53,980 nt of DNA from Parcubacteria group bacterium (GTDB lineage: Bacteria; Patescibacteriota; Minisyncoccia; Phycocordibacterales; JABMOB01). The stretch covers positions 1 to 53,980 of the forward strand of contig JABMOB010000002.1 in assembly GCA_013204345.1 (NCBI GenBank), given 5' to 3'. The position numbers and the translations under genes were made by a program. The notes beneath the pieces were generated by a model that made no database searches, was not told the DNA's origin, and saw only the letters and a program-made list of their open reading frames with translations. This document shows positions 9,021 to 18,681 of the stretch, piece by piece; the stretch's first letter is position 1; every line of letters begins with the position of its first letter.

Positions 9021-9113
9021 CTTAATTATAGTCTCATTAAAAAGTAGTGCAAGCGGGAAAAGGTATGCTGAATATTAAAAATAGATAACCTGCGATCCAA
9101 GGCCTGGTATCTA

Positions 9114-9140
9114 GACTTTATAGACTTTTGACTTTCGGCT
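9114..9140 (-). repeat. AAAGTC tandem repeat downstream of ndk
   Basis: gactttata gactttt gactttcggct; same family as 12571, 13085, 14191, 44195, 45664. Confidence 0.7.
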
Positions 9141-9147
9141 CGATGGT

Positions 9148-9762
9148 TTATTCCAATAAACCATCAAGATTCACATCATAGAGAATCTTGTCCTGAACAA
9201 GATTGTAATCCGTTAATTCATTTTTACTAAACCAATGTTTTATTTCATCTTCCGCTTCTTTTGGAGAACCAGAGGCATGAACTAAATTTCTCACGGCTCG
9301 AGTATCATTGTCGGACATTTGGTAAGAGTCTAAAACAAAATCTCCGCGGATTGTTCCAACGTCAGATGTTAAAGGTTCTGTTCCTCCAGTTATTTTTCGA
9401 ACAATTTTTACGACATGAGCTCCTTGCCAAACCATAGCAATCACTGGACCGGATGTAAGATATTTTATTAAATTTTTAAGTACTTTTTCTGTAACTTCAA
9501 AGGGGTCCGTAGTAGGAGGGGTCAAACCTTTATCCAAGTAACCTTTTATAGCTTTTTCACCAGTAATACGTCTCCACTCTGGGTCAAGGGTATAATGTTC
9601 CTCTACCAAATCTGCCGACGGCACGAACATTTTTACACCAACAAGTTTTAGCCCTGTTCTTTCATAACGTTTTATAATCTCACCAATAAGTGAGCGTTGA
9701 ATACCGTCTGGTTTTATCACAACTAATGTTCTTTCTGTTTTAGGGTGGTTCGTCGTGGTCAT
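9148..9762 (-). CDS. ndk: Nucleoside diphosphate kinase
   Basis: ERTLVVIKPDGIQRSLIGEII, GTIRGDF, RNLVHASGS. Confidence 0.95.
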   Translation of the reverse strand: MTTTNHPKTERTLVVIKPDGIQRSLIGEIIKRYERTGLKLVGVKMFVPSADLVEEHYTLDPEWRRITGEKAIKGYLDKGLTPPTTDPFEVTEKVLKNLIKYLTSGPVIAMVWQGAHVVKIVRKITGGTEPLTSDVGTIRGDFVLDSYQMSDNDTRAVRNLVHASGSPKEAEDEIKHWFSKNELTDYNLVQDKILYDVNLDGLLE

Positions 9763-9825
9763 AATTTTTTGATAAATTTAGTTAATATGAATCACATTGT
9801 ACTACTCTCTAAAAAAATCGCCAGT

Positions 9826-10596
9826 TTATTTTGTTAATATATTTGCCTTACTTTCTGTAATAACAATTGTGTGTTCGAAATGTGCGCTTCGCCTGCCATC
9901 TGATGTGTGGTAAGTATATCCGTCTTTTGCGAGAACAACCTTGCCCGTGCCTTCATTCAACATCGGCTCAATAGCAATGACCAAACCAGGCTTTAGTATC
10001 TCACCCTCGCCTTGCTTACCCTGATTTGGCACAAAAGGATCTTCGTGGACTTTATAACCGACGCCGTGACCAGATAGACCTTCTGCATGCCCATAACCAA
10101 ATGGTTCTACAAATTTTTCTATAGCAAAACCGATATCACCAACAGTTGCTCCCCCGATCGCGGCTTTGATACCAACATCAAGCGCTTCTTTTGTAACTTT
10201 TAAAAGTTTTTTTGCTTCTTTGTCGATTTTACCAACGCCAACCGTGACTGCAGAATCAACAATAAGTCCGCCGTGAATTATTCCCATATCAAGACTAATG
10301 ATGTCTCCATTTTTGAGAATTTTTGGCTCTTCATTCGGTATCCCGTGAACAACCTCATCATTTATCGAAACACAAAGACTTGCAGGATAAGGGCGCTTCG
10401 CTCCCCACGGTTGATAATTCAAGAAGGCGGGTGTGTCACCCTTTTCTGTAGTAAGTTTACGCGCCAAATCATCGAGTTCCTTAGTAGAAACCCCTGGTGC
10501 CACTACACGAGAAACTACCTTGAGAATTTTGGCCAACCTTTTACCACCCTCTCGCAAAACTTCAATCTCTTCCTTTGTTTTTATCGTAATGGTCAT
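9826..10596 (-). CDS. map: Methionine aminopeptidase type I
   Basis: CVSINDEVVHGIP, GHGVG..VHEDP, AIEPM, SAHFEHT. Confidence 0.97.
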   Translation of the reverse strand: MTITIKTKEEIEVLREGGKRLAKILKVVSRVVAPGVSTKELDDLARKLTTEKGDTPAFLNYQPWGAKRPYPASLCVSINDEVVHGIPNEEPKILKNGDIISLDMGIIHGGLIVDSAVTVGVGKIDKEAKKLLKVTKEALDVGIKAAIGGATVGDIGFAIEKFVEPFGYGHAEGLSGHGVGYKVHEDPFVPNQGKQGEGEILKPGLVIAIEPMLNEGTGKVVLAKDGYTYHTSDGRRSAHFEHTIVITESKANILTK

Positions 10597-11187
10597 CTAA
10601 ATTTTCAATTTTGCGATTATTTCCTTATTAACCTCCTCGATCGTTTGTTCTCCATTTATATCTAGGAAATTATAATCAGAATTATTTTTATAAAAATTAA
10701 CTGTCGGCATTACTTCACTATCAAACCAATCTAACCTTCTTTCTATAACCTCCGGTTTATCATCTTTCCGTGCTCGTCCCAACAATCTTTTTTCTGACCA
10801 CTCCCGACTGACATTCATATAAATAATATTTGGTTTTTTTATGCTATAAAATTTAAGTGCAGAATCCAAAAGTTGCGCCTCATGAAGTTTTCTTGGTGCG
10901 CCATCAAAAATGAGATTCTCTTTACCGGTATAATTATCAAATAAATAATTTTCCCAAAGAGCCACCATAACGGATTCCGGCATAAGAGCTCCTTCATCTA
11001 GAATTTTCTTGGATAGCTTTTGGGTATAAGAATCACCTTTCACAAATTCGCGCAAAAAAGATCCCGTTTCAATATGGAGGGTTTTACAGAGATTATCGTG
11101 CTCACATAGGTGTGCGGTCAATAAATCAGCCTGAGTGCCTTTCCCGCACCCAGAACGGCCTATAAAAATGAATGTTTGTGGGTTCAT
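10597..11187 (-). CDS. adk: Adenylate kinase (short, no large LID)
   Basis: GRSGCGKGTQA, FDGAPR, RKDD; secY-adk-map synteny. Confidence 0.9.
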   Translation of the reverse strand: MNPQTFIFIGRSGCGKGTQADLLTAHLCEHDNLCKTLHIETGSFLREFVKGDSYTQKLSKKILDEGALMPESVMVALWENYLFDNYTGKENLIFDGAPRKLHEAQLLDSALKFYSIKKPNIIYMNVSREWSEKRLLGRARKDDKPEVIERRLDWFDSEVMPTVNFYKNNSDYNFLDINGEQTIEEVNKEIIAKLKI

Positions 11188-11189
11188 AA

Positions 11190-11281
11190 TTAGTCAGTAG
11201 TTAATAGTAAATAGATAGTAGTATTATACAGATTTTACTCCTTTATTCTACAAACTACTGACTACTAACTATAGACTAGTT
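11190..11281. repeat. Inverted pair of degenerate heptamer tandem repeats (TAGnnnn / CTACnnn) between secY and adk
   Basis: tagtcag-tagttaa-tagtaaa-tagatag-tag ... ctacaaa-ctactga-ctactaa-ctactat. Confidence 0.7.
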
Positions 11282-11283
11282 AT

Positions 11284-12555
11284 CTAGTATTCTCTAATAG
11301 AAACCTGAGCGTCGATTTTTTTGATTAGATCAATCACAACAGAAACAACGATGAGAAGTGCTGTACCTCCGATGGCGAAAGCTGTGATTCCCGTCACTGC
11401 TCGAATAATAAGAGGTAGAACAGCGATTGCACCCAGAAACAATGCACCAACCAAAGTTAATCGAGTAAGAATTTTTGCAATATAATCAGATGTGGGTTGA
11501 CCTGGACGAACACCGGGGATAAATGCGCCACCTTTTTGAAGATTTGTAGAGATAGAATCTGGATCAAAAGTAACAGCTGTATAAAAATACGTAAATACAA
11601 AAACCAATAAGAAGTATAAAACAGCATAAACCCAACCGTTAGCGAGCAGGTCTAGAATATAAGATGAGACTGATTTGACTACGGGATTTGCAAAATTAGC
11701 AAAGAAACGCAAAATCATTTGAGGAAAAAGTAAAAGAGATAGTGCGAAAATAATCGGGATAACTCCAGCTTGGTTTACACGCAAAGGAAGATACGTTGAG
11801 ACTCCACCATAAACCTTCATTCCACGCACTCGTTTTGCATAAGTGACGGGTATTGGTCTTTCCGCTTCTGTAACAACCACCACTCCAGCAGTAACAAGAA
11901 TAATAACCACAAAAAAGGCTAGATAAACCGGAATTTGAGATGGGTCAAAAGTAAAAATAAGTTGACTAATAGTTGTCGGCAGAGTTGCGACAATACCTGC
12001 AAAAATAAGCAGAGATACTCCGTTTCCTACCCCATATTCGGTCATGAGCTCACCAATCCACATTATCAAAAGAGAACCTGCTGTAATAACAAGAACATTT
12101 ATAGTCTGATCCGTCAGACTCAAACCACCCAAAATTCCCTGACCTTTCAAAATGGCTAGAAAACTGAAAGCCTGGACAAAGGCCAGAGGAACAGTGAGAA
12201 TCCTACTATATTGGCTAAATTTCATCCTTCCCGCCTCACCTTCGTCTTGGTATAAAGCTTTGAGCCTAGGCGACATAATAGTCAAAAGCTGCATAATAAT
12301 AGAGCTTGTGATATATGGACCAACTCCAAGCATAATAATAGAGAGGTTTGAAAGACCACCTCCAGAAAAAATGTTTAGAAGTCCCAAAAATTCGTTGTTC
12401 GCCAAAAGTCCTTGGAGTTTGATAGCATCAACACCTGGAATAGGGATCGTCGCAAGTAATCTAAAAACAATCAAAGCCACCAAAGTAAATAGAACTCTTT
12501 TTCTTAAAACTTTATCCTGAAATATGAGAGCTATTTTATTTAGTAATGTTTTCAT
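11284..12555 (-). CDS. secY: Preprotein translocase SecY
   Basis: LGVGPYITSSIIMQLL, GVGNGVSLLIFAGI, AGVIPIIFA, FIPGVRPG, GGTALLIVV. Confidence 0.98.
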   Translation of the reverse strand: MKTLLNKIALIFQDKVLRKRVLFTLVALIVFRLLATIPIPGVDAIKLQGLLANNEFLGLLNIFSGGGLSNLSIIMLGVGPYITSSIIMQLLTIMSPRLKALYQDEGEAGRMKFSQYSRILTVPLAFVQAFSFLAILKGQGILGGLSLTDQTINVLVITAGSLLIMWIGELMTEYGVGNGVSLLIFAGIVATLPTTISQLIFTFDPSQIPVYLAFFVVIILVTAGVVVVTEAERPIPVTYAKRVRGMKVYGGVSTYLPLRVNQAGVIPIIFALSLLLFPQMILRFFANFANPVVKSVSSYILDLLANGWVYAVLYFLLVFVFTYFYTAVTFDPDSISTNLQKGGAFIPGVRPGQPTSDYIAKILTRLTLVGALFLGAIAVLPLIIRAVTGITAFAIGGTALLIVVSVVIDLIKKIDAQVSIREY

Positions 12556-12570
12556 GAAATTTTTTTCTTC

Positions 12571-12620
12571 TACTTTCGACTTTACTTTATAGACTTTACG
12601 GACTTTACAGGCTTTCGGCT
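12571..12620 (-). repeat. AAAGTC 9-mer tandem repeat starting at rplO stop
   Basis: mRNA strand TAG-CCGAAAGCCTGTAAAGTCCGTAAAGTCTATAAAGTAAAGTCGAAAGTA. Confidence 0.8.
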
Positions 12621-13059
12621 ATTGTATCGTTCCCCCCGCTTTCTCTATTTTTTCTTTCGCTTTAGTGGAAAGTGCGCACCCAGAAACTACAACTTTTTTA
12701 CTGATTTCCCCGCCAGAAAGAATTTTTACTTTAGGAAATTTACCTTTTTTTATCGAAATTAACCCCTTTTCTACTAAAATCTTTGGACTAATCTTTTCTC
12801 CATCTCCAAAAGCTTTTTCTATCACAGAAAGTGAAATTACTTCAAATTTTTCTTGGATAGTTCGAAGCCCAGCAATACCACGACCACGAAGTTTTGGAAT
12901 TCTTTTTATAAAATCTCTGATTTCTGGACGAGTGTTATGTCCAGCACGAGCAGTCTGACCTTTCCCTCCACGTCCAGATGTTTTTCCACGCGTACCACCA
13001 CGTCCAACCATTTTGGATTTTTTATTTTTTGTTTTTCTTTTTAAATTATGGAATTGCAT
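12619..13059 (-). CDS. rplO: 50S ribosomal protein L15
   Basis: VGRGGTRGKTSGRGGKGQTARAG; KIEKAGG. Confidence 0.97.
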   Translation of the reverse strand: MQFHNLKRKTKNKKSKMVGRGGTRGKTSGRGGKGQTARAGHNTRPEIRDFIKRIPKLRGRGIAGLRTIQEKFEVISLSVIEKAFGDGEKISPKILVEKGLISIKKGKFPKVKILSGGEISKKVVVSGCALSTKAKEKIEKAGGTIQ

Positions 13060-13084
13060 GTTTTGAATTTTTATATTTTGTTTT

Positions 13085-13135
13085 TACTTTAAGGACTTTA
13101 CGGACTTTGGACTTTGGACTGGTTGGCAAAGCCGA
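13085..13135 (-). repeat. AAAGTC tandem repeat after rpsE
   Basis: actttaagg-actttacgg-actttgg-actttgg-act. Confidence 0.75.
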
Positions 13136-13807
13136 CTATTCTTTAACCTCTTCCTTCTTTTCAGCTTTTGCTTCAATTTTCGCACCCTGTTTCACTGGTC
13201 GTAACTGACTGAGCGCTTTTATCGCCGCTTTGGCATTATTTACTTTATTCTTTGTTCTTGAGAAAAGTTTACCATTTATATCTTTTATACCAGCAAGTTC
13301 TATGACATTTCGGACAGAACTTCCAACAAGCACTCCTCTACCCGGGGCTGGCATAAGTACTACACGAGAAGCACAATATTTTGCACTTACTTCGTGAGAA
13401 ATAGACATATTTTTTGTGAGATTTATTTTAACCATACGTTTTTTAGCATCTCGAAGAGCTTTATCAATAGAGAGAGAAGTATCTCCGGCTTTTCCCATAC
13501 CTACACCTACTGATCCTTTCCTATTTCCAGCAACAAGGGCCACACTAAAAGCAAACCTTCGGCCTCCAGTAACAACACGAGTCACCCGTCTAATACTAAT
13601 TATCTTCTGATCAAATTCTGGTTTAACACGACTTTCTCGCCTAGGGGCGCGTCTTTCGTTTTTCTTAAATCCTCGATCGTCGTTTTGGAAAGGGTTTTTT
13701 TGGGGACGAGTATCCGTGGTAGATTTCGCTGCAACAGGAACAACCGGAGTTACGTCGGTTACTGGAGTATCTACATTATTATTATTTTTTGTTGTGTCTT
13801 TTTCCAT
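13136..13807 (-). CDS. rpsE: 30S ribosomal protein S5 (with N-terminal extension)
   Basis: IRRVTRVVTGGRRFAFSVALVAGN..GSVGVGMGKA. Confidence 0.97.
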   Translation of the reverse strand: MEKDTTKNNNNVDTPVTDVTPVVPVAAKSTTDTRPQKNPFQNDDRGFKKNERRAPRRESRVKPEFDQKIISIRRVTRVVTGGRRFAFSVALVAGNRKGSVGVGMGKAGDTSLSIDKALRDAKKRMVKINLTKNMSISHEVSAKYCASRVVLMPAPGRGVLVGSSVRNVIELAGIKDINGKLFSRTKNKVNNAKAAIKALSQLRPVKQGAKIEAKAEKKEEVKE

Positions 13808-13822
13808 ATTTCTGTTCAGATA

Positions 13823-14173
13823 TTAAAATTCCAAACCTCCTTCCCTAGCACCATCGGCCAAAGCTTTCACTCGACCAGTATACACAAAACCTCCTCGGTC
13901 GAATACCACATTTTTTATTTTATTTTCAATGGCTTTTTTGGCAATATTTTTCCCTGTTTCTTTCGCCTTCTCCAACATTAAACCCGTTTTTACCTCTTTA
14001 GTATTAGCGGAGACTATTGTATTGCTTTTTGTATCATCAATAAGCTGGGCATAAAGAGTTGTGTTTGATTTAAACACACAAAGACGAGGTTTTTTTGCTG
14101 TTCCAAAAACTTTCGCCCTGATTTTAGCGTGCGTTCGTTCTCTTTTTAATTTTTTTGCATTTACGTTTTTCAT
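13823..14173 (-). CDS. rplR: 50S ribosomal protein L18
   Basis: [38 protein letters not shown]. Confidence 0.97.
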   Translation of the reverse strand: MKNVNAKKLKRERTHAKIRAKVFGTAKKPRLCVFKSNTTLYAQLIDDTKSNTIVSANTKEVKTGLMLEKAKETGKNIAKKAIENKIKNVVFDRGGFVYTGRVKALADGAREGGLEF

Positions 14174-14190
14174 TGAATTTTATTTTGTCT

Positions 14191-14243
14191 TTACTTTATG
14201 GACTTTATGGACTTTCGGCTAGACATAGTCGGCACGGCCGACT
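14191..14243 (-). repeat. Small hairpin plus AAAGTC tandem repeat after rplF
   Basis: TAGTCGGCCGTGCCGACTA hairpin includes the rplF stop, then TAGCCGAAAGTCCATAAAGTCCATAAAGTAA. Confidence 0.75.
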
Positions 14244-14775
14244 ATGTCGTTTTCTTACCCTGCTTCCTTCGAATAACCTCATCTGCATAACGTATACCCT
14301 TTCCTTTATAAGGTTCTGGTTTTTTCAAAGCCCTAACCTGTGCTGTAAACTGACCGACGGTTTCTTTGTTTACACCCGATACAGTAATAATATTTTTTTC
14401 AGAAATAACTTTCAGATCTTTAGGTATGTTTACTTTGATTATATGTGAGAAACCGAGATTAAGTTGCAAAACATCCTCTTTTACTTCAGCTTTAAAACCA
14501 ATACCTTCCACGATAAGCTTTTTTTCAAAAGCCTTATTCACACCAGCAACCATATTTGAAATATGAGAAGAATATGTACCCCATAAAGCAGAATTTTCCA
14601 AACTTTCTCTTATTGGTTTTAATGTAACTTCTTTTTCAGAAATATTTATAGCGATTTCTCCGGTAAAATCTCTTGACATAGTCCCGAGAGGACCTTTTAC
14701 AGTAACAACCCCACCTGAATTTGTAACTTCAGTTTTGTCGGGAATCGCTATTATTTTTTTTCCTATTCGTGACAT
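14242..14775 (-). CDS. rplF: 50S ribosomal protein L6
   Basis: MSRIGKK, KGPLG, PEPYKGKGIRY. Confidence 0.98.
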   Translation of the reverse strand: MSRIGKKIIAIPDKTEVTNSGGVVTVKGPLGTMSRDFTGEIAINISEKEVTLKPIRESLENSALWGTYSSHISNMVAGVNKAFEKKLIVEGIGFKAEVKEDVLQLNLGFSHIIKVNIPKDLKVISEKNIITVSGVNKETVGQFTAQVRALKKPEPYKGKGIRYADEVIRRKQGKKTT

Positions 14776-14816
14776 GCCAATTTTATATGAATGCTAATGA
14801 ATAATTAAATTGCGCG

Positions 14817-14924
14817 CCCTGTTAAATCCCGCCTTGCGGGATCATTCGTTGGTACGAATGATATTTAACAGGGTAGTGTTTTGCATCCACACTTTGAAGT
14901 TCGCAAGCAAACTCCAAAGTGTGG
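14817..14924 (-). repeat. CCCTGTTAAAT repeat, short form (rpsH-rplF), plus adjacent ccacacttt/aaagtgtgg hairpin
   Basis: Core 14817-14873 nearly identical to 50042-50098 with compensatory changes; second IR 14887-14924. Confidence 0.88.
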
Positions 14925-14934
14925 GCACAAGCCA

Positions 14935-15324
14935 CTACCATATTCTAAACAAAACCTCACCCCCAACGTTTTCTTTTTTAGCTTGCTTATCACCCATAAT
15001 ACCTTTTGGAGTCGTCAAAACGAGCATACCAAACCCTTGCTTCACTTTCTTTATATCCTTAGCTTTGTGATAAACCCTTCTTGAAAATTTAGAAACTCTT
15101 TCTGCTCCCTTTATTCTTGACATACCATCTTCATAAATAAGGCCAATCTCAATAAGATTTGTGATTTTTTTGCCTTTTTTTGTGACATCTTTCAAATAAC
15201 CTTCTTTTTGCAAAAGTTCAGCTATAGCGAGCTTGAGTTTTGAGTACGGCAAAAGCAAAGACTCCTTTTCGGCTTCTCCTGCATTCTTTATTCGTGTTAT
15301 CATATCCGCGATTGGATCGTTCAT
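14935..15324 (-). CDS. rpsH: 30S ribosomal protein S8
   Basis: DPIADMITRIKNA, RVSK.SRRVY, TTPKGIM, GGEVL. Confidence 0.98.
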   Translation of the reverse strand: MNDPIADMITRIKNAGEAEKESLLLPYSKLKLAIAELLQKEGYLKDVTKKGKKITNLIEIGLIYEDGMSRIKGAERVSKFSRRVYHKAKDIKKVKQGFGMLVLTTPKGIMGDKQAKKENVGGEVLFRIW

Positions 15325-15354
15325 ATTTTGTCTTGGTAGTATCAGATTACTGAC

Positions 15355-15540
15355 TTACCATGATGATTTTTTAATTCCGGGAATTTTCCCTTCGTTGGCT
15401 AATTCTCTAAAACAGATACGGCAAAGGTCAAAGTCTCTCATAAATGCACGCTTTCGTCCACACTTAAAGCATCTTCGAACAATTCTTGTCGAAAATTTTG
15501 GTGTCTTTTTAGCTCGTGCGATTACTGATTTCTTTGCCAT
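15355..15540 (-). CDS. rpsN: 30S ribosomal protein S14 (Zn-binding, type Z)
   Basis: 61 aa, RCFKCGR...[21 protein letters not shown]. Confidence 0.97.
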   Translation of the reverse strand: MAKKSVIARAKKTPKFSTRIVRRCFKCGRKRAFMRDFDLCRICFRELANEGKIPGIKKSSW

Positions 15541-15569
15541 AAAAAAAAGCTTTTAAGAGCTTGGGCTAC

Positions 15570-15598
15570 ATACTAACAAGACCACTATAGAATGTCAA
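15570..15598 (-). promoter_or_regulatory. sigma70 promoter for the rpsN-secY-map block
   Basis: TTGACA-17 bp-TAGTAT. Confidence 0.7.
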
Positions 15599-15609
15599 TC
15601 CAATAGTTA

Positions 15610-15694
15610 ATTTTGGCACTACGCCTTAGGTGCGGGCTATTTTAGCCTTGTGCCAAAATCCCTGCCTGCCTCGCTATACTTGGCGCAAGCAGGT
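15610..15694. repeat. Two adjacent REP-like hairpins at the island edge
   Basis: attttggcac...gtgccaaaat (15610-15659) and cctgcctgcc...caagcaggt (15661-15694); the latter resembles 44215-44242. Confidence 0.55.
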
Positions 15695-15819
15695 ACTACC
15701 AGATCAACCCTTTATACCTTAAATCACATTCCTCTTAATTTAAGCCATATTTTGGAAGAATAAAGGGGCTGTTTAAGTAGACCCTTGACAAATATGGCTA
15801 TATAACAAAGACTGTACAT

Positions 15820-16010
15820 ATGGATAGAAATTGTCAAAAACCAAATAAAAGATATATGACCCAGAAATCTAATGGGTTCATTTCTGCGCTTACTACAAGC
15901 GTAGCACTTATATTTGGCCGAGATAATTTTAAGATGTCACTATTCTCCTAATACACACCTAAAATCAACTTAGAAAAATCCCGGCTAAATGGAAGTCGGG
16001 ATTTTTATTT
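15820..16010 (+). promoter_or_regulatory. Putative leader-peptide attenuator upstream of GNAT gene
   Basis: uORF 15820-15951; terminator aaaaatcccggct..agtcgggattttt 15974-16006; uORF segment ttggccgagat can pair with its 5' arm; TTGACA at 15785. Confidence 0.55.
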
Positions 16011-16063
16011 AGCAAAAATGTTCACAAATTGTTCTTTTACAACTCACACAAAGGAATCTAGGT

Positions 16064-16669
16064 ATGAAAAAGAAACGTCGCTCAAAAAAGAAAGACTGTG
16101 TTATTTTTCGCAAAGGCAAGAGGGTGTTCCTCGGCCCGATTGAGCTTGAACATGTTCCCCTGCTCACAAAATGGATCAATGATCCTGAAGTGAATGAATT
16201 TCTCACCATCATCAAACCAAACTCTTCTCTCAGCGAAGAGAAGTGGGTGCGATCTTTAGGTGACAGAGAAAATGACGTCACATTTGGCATCTTTCTTTTC
16301 TCCACTGGAGAAATGATTGGTGTGATCGGTCTTCATCAGATCAACAATGTGAACGGAACTGCAACTACTGGCACGATTATCGGCGAGAAAAACCAGCAAA
16401 ACAAGGGCTACGGAACGGAAGCCAAAATGCTTCTCCTTGAGTACGCCTTCAACACACTCAACCTGCGCAAAATTTGTTCTCAAGTCTACGACTTCAACGG
16501 CAGAAGCAGGAAGTGTTTGGAGAAGTGCGGTTATAAACTTGATGGAGGTGACCCGCTTAAGGCTCATGTTTACCGTAACGGTAACTTCGTAGATTTATAC
16601 AATCTCGCGGTTTTTAAGGATGATTTCCTCAAGCTTTGGGCAAAATACAAGAAAAAGTATCTTGCCTAA
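16064..16669 (+). CDS. GNAT N-acetyltransferase (RimJ/RimL/SpeG-like)
   Basis: WINDPEV, IGVIGL, QNKGYGTEA, AFNTLNLRKI, FN.RS..CLEKCGY. Confidence 0.88.
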   Translation: MKKKRRSKKKDCVIFRKGKRVFLGPIELEHVPLLTKWINDPEVNEFLTIIKPNSSLSEEKWVRSLGDRENDVTFGIFLFSTGEMIGVIGLHQINNVNGTATTGTIIGEKNQQNKGYGTEAKMLLLEYAFNTLNLRKICSQVYDFNGRSRKCLEKCGYKLDGGDPLKAHVYRNGNFVDLYNLAVFKDDFLKLWAKYKKKYLA

Positions 16670-16679
16670 AACAACACAA

Positions 16680-16708
16680 AAAACACCAGCCCCGACCTGG
16701 TGTTTTTT
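16680..16708. terminator. Bidirectional terminator
   Basis: aaaacaccag-ccccgac-ctggtgtttt between convergent genes. Confidence 0.7.
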
Positions 16709-17648
16709 ATAATATAGTTAAAATTAATTTCTCAGCTTGTTCTAGATATTTTTCTTCAATAAGGCTTGGGGCATCTAAATCTGAGTGATAAACGGTCATC
16801 AAATGTTCAATATTTGCACCGATAGTAGAAATCTTGGAAGAATGTAAATCTATATTATCTATTGGAAAAGCGAGCTTGATTATTTTGGGATCAGTAATAA
16901 CTTCTGACGGACCATTCCCAACACAATCTACTGCGATAATTTGCTTAGCTACTTTGAATAAATTGGGGTACTTTTTTTGGAATACTCGAAAACCATGACC
17001 CCAGTATACGGGCATATCGTAGGAGAGTTCTTCATTACCATCAAAAACAAAAAGTGTGTTCTCCAGCAAAGAAGGTTTTTCTATCAAAAGTGAAAGAGAG
17101 GTAGCGACGCCAGAAGCATTATCAATGGCCCCAGGTCCGATAGAATCATAGTGAGCAAATACAATTGTTTTTGGTGATAATGAGTTGCCGACTAGAATAT
17201 GAAACGAATCCCCCACCCACCGCTCTACTTCTACCTCACCTCTGATTTTTTTTGCCAAAACAACTTTCTCTAAATTTTCCCTTGAAATAGCAACGGACGG
17301 TACAAAATAGAAATTACTCTGAGAAATTGCCTCACAGTTTGGATTGAAATTAATATTTGGTACATCAATAAGATATTGAGATGAGATTAGAGAACTTACA
17401 ATTGAATCTTTTTTATCGATTATTCCTGAAACTGTCGAACACCCCTTGCAGGGCACATCTTCTCCGTCAACATTTAGAAACGCCTTTTCTATAACCGGTA
17501 TAGTAATTTCAAATGGCTCAACCTTGTGTTCAATTTTGTTATCTTTTAATACGCGAATTATCAGCTCTGCACCTTTTTGCATAGCACTACCTTGGCGTGC
17601 TCCCAACTGCACCAGATCATTAATAAATTGTATCGATTTAAATTTCAT
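16707..17648 (-). CDS. M28 family metallopeptidase
   Basis: AHYDS, GAIDNASG, GNEE, DCVG, YHSDLD; ATG at 17648 preferred. Confidence 0.88.
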   Translation of the reverse strand: MKFKSIQFINDLVQLGARQGSAMQKGAELIIRVLKDNKIEHKVEPFEITIPVIEKAFLNVDGEDVPCKGCSTVSGIIDKKDSIVSSLISSQYLIDVPNINFNPNCEAISQSNFYFVPSVAISRENLEKVVLAKKIRGEVEVERWVGDSFHILVGNSLSPKTIVFAHYDSIGPGAIDNASGVATSLSLLIEKPSLLENTLFVFDGNEELSYDMPVYWGHGFRVFQKKYPNLFKVAKQIIAVDCVGNGPSEVITDPKIIKLAFPIDNIDLHSSKISTIGANIEHLMTVYHSDLDAPSLIEEKYLEQAEKLILTIL

Positions 17649-17704
17649 ATTTTGTAACTTAATTATAATAAAAATAGGGCCTGATAAACAGACCCTATTT
17701 TGAA

Positions 17705-18679
17705 TCATCGAAATTGAATGACTTTCTCGGCAATCGTTCGAAACGTATTGCACAAAGAAGAATGTTCAATCTGATGATTCATAGAAAGGAGACGAGTCAA
17801 AGCTTCTGGATCGTCGATAAACACCTTGTTGCAGTAAAGCATATCCGGAGTAAGGGGCGGGACTTCTATCACAATAGGATACGCACCCATCATAGATTGT
17901 ATTATCTTCATTGTTCGCTCAAAAAGCTTTTTAGCTTCAGGAACACCGCTATCAGGATTTTCATAGGTCTCCAAGAGAACCATATCCCCAAGAAGAAACA
18001 TTGCCAAATACAATGGGTAATACCACGATGCCGGAGGTCTGTATGTGTCATCAGCATTATCCACACCATCCATAAGAGAGTCTCTAACGTCATAACCATC
18101 AACGTTTTTATAGACAAACGACGGTCTTTTGGTAGATTTGGCTAAACATTCAGCATGAAACAGAGACAGGTCAGGACAAAGATAGTCGGGTCCAAAAACA
18201 GATGCCCGCAAACCATTGTGGTAACTAATTAGATCTTTCCCATATTTTGTTTGAATACAAGAAAGAACTCTACCGGACAATTTGTCACTACTTTCAGCCG
18301 CCACATTATCAACATTGACAACGAAGTTACCTTTTTTAGACCAATATGTCCACGGCACCTTTATACGAGCTCGCTTGTCGTGATTCTCAAATACAAACTT
18401 ATCACGAACAAACTGAAGTGTTATAGGTTTCAAACCCAAAAGATTAGAACCGATATACACAGCGATATCTTCGGTGCAAATAGAAGCAATTTGTCTAGCG
18501 AGAATACTGCACACCACACCATTCTTACAAAATGGAGTGTGTTTTTCCACAATTCGAGAAAAGTCCTGCAAACCATAGGCTTTATGGGCCCATTCATCAA
18601 GGCGCTCACGAATTTTTTCTTTAATAGAACGTCTTTCCACCAAAACACTTTCAAGCGCATCTACAGTCCTGATATACAT
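17705..18679 (-). CDS. Uncharacterised 324-aa protein (probable enzyme)
   Basis: Long ORF 2 bp after the upstream gene's stop; motifs ARQIAS, DKF..ENHDK, YH, WYYPLYL, LLETY; no family recognised. Confidence 0.75.
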   Translation of the reverse strand: MYIRTVDALESVLVERRSIKEKIRERLDEWAHKAYGLQDFSRIVEKHTPFCKNGVVCSILARQIASICTEDIAVYIGSNLLGLKPITLQFVRDKFVFENHDKRARIKVPWTYWSKKGNFVVNVDNVAAESSDKLSGRVLSCIQTKYGKDLISYHNGLRASVFGPDYLCPDLSLFHAECLAKSTKRPSFVYKNVDGYDVRDSLMDGVDNADDTYRPPASWYYPLYLAMFLLGDMVLLETYENPDSGVPEAKKLFERTMKIIQSMMGAYPIVIEVPPLTPDMLYCNKVFIDDPEALTRLLSMNHQIEHSSLCNTFRTIAEKVIQFR

Positions 18680-18681
18680 GA

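Noticed and set aside
13060-13135. Absence of rpmD (L30) as a novelty
   Set aside because: Loss of L30 is an established trait of CPR bacteria.
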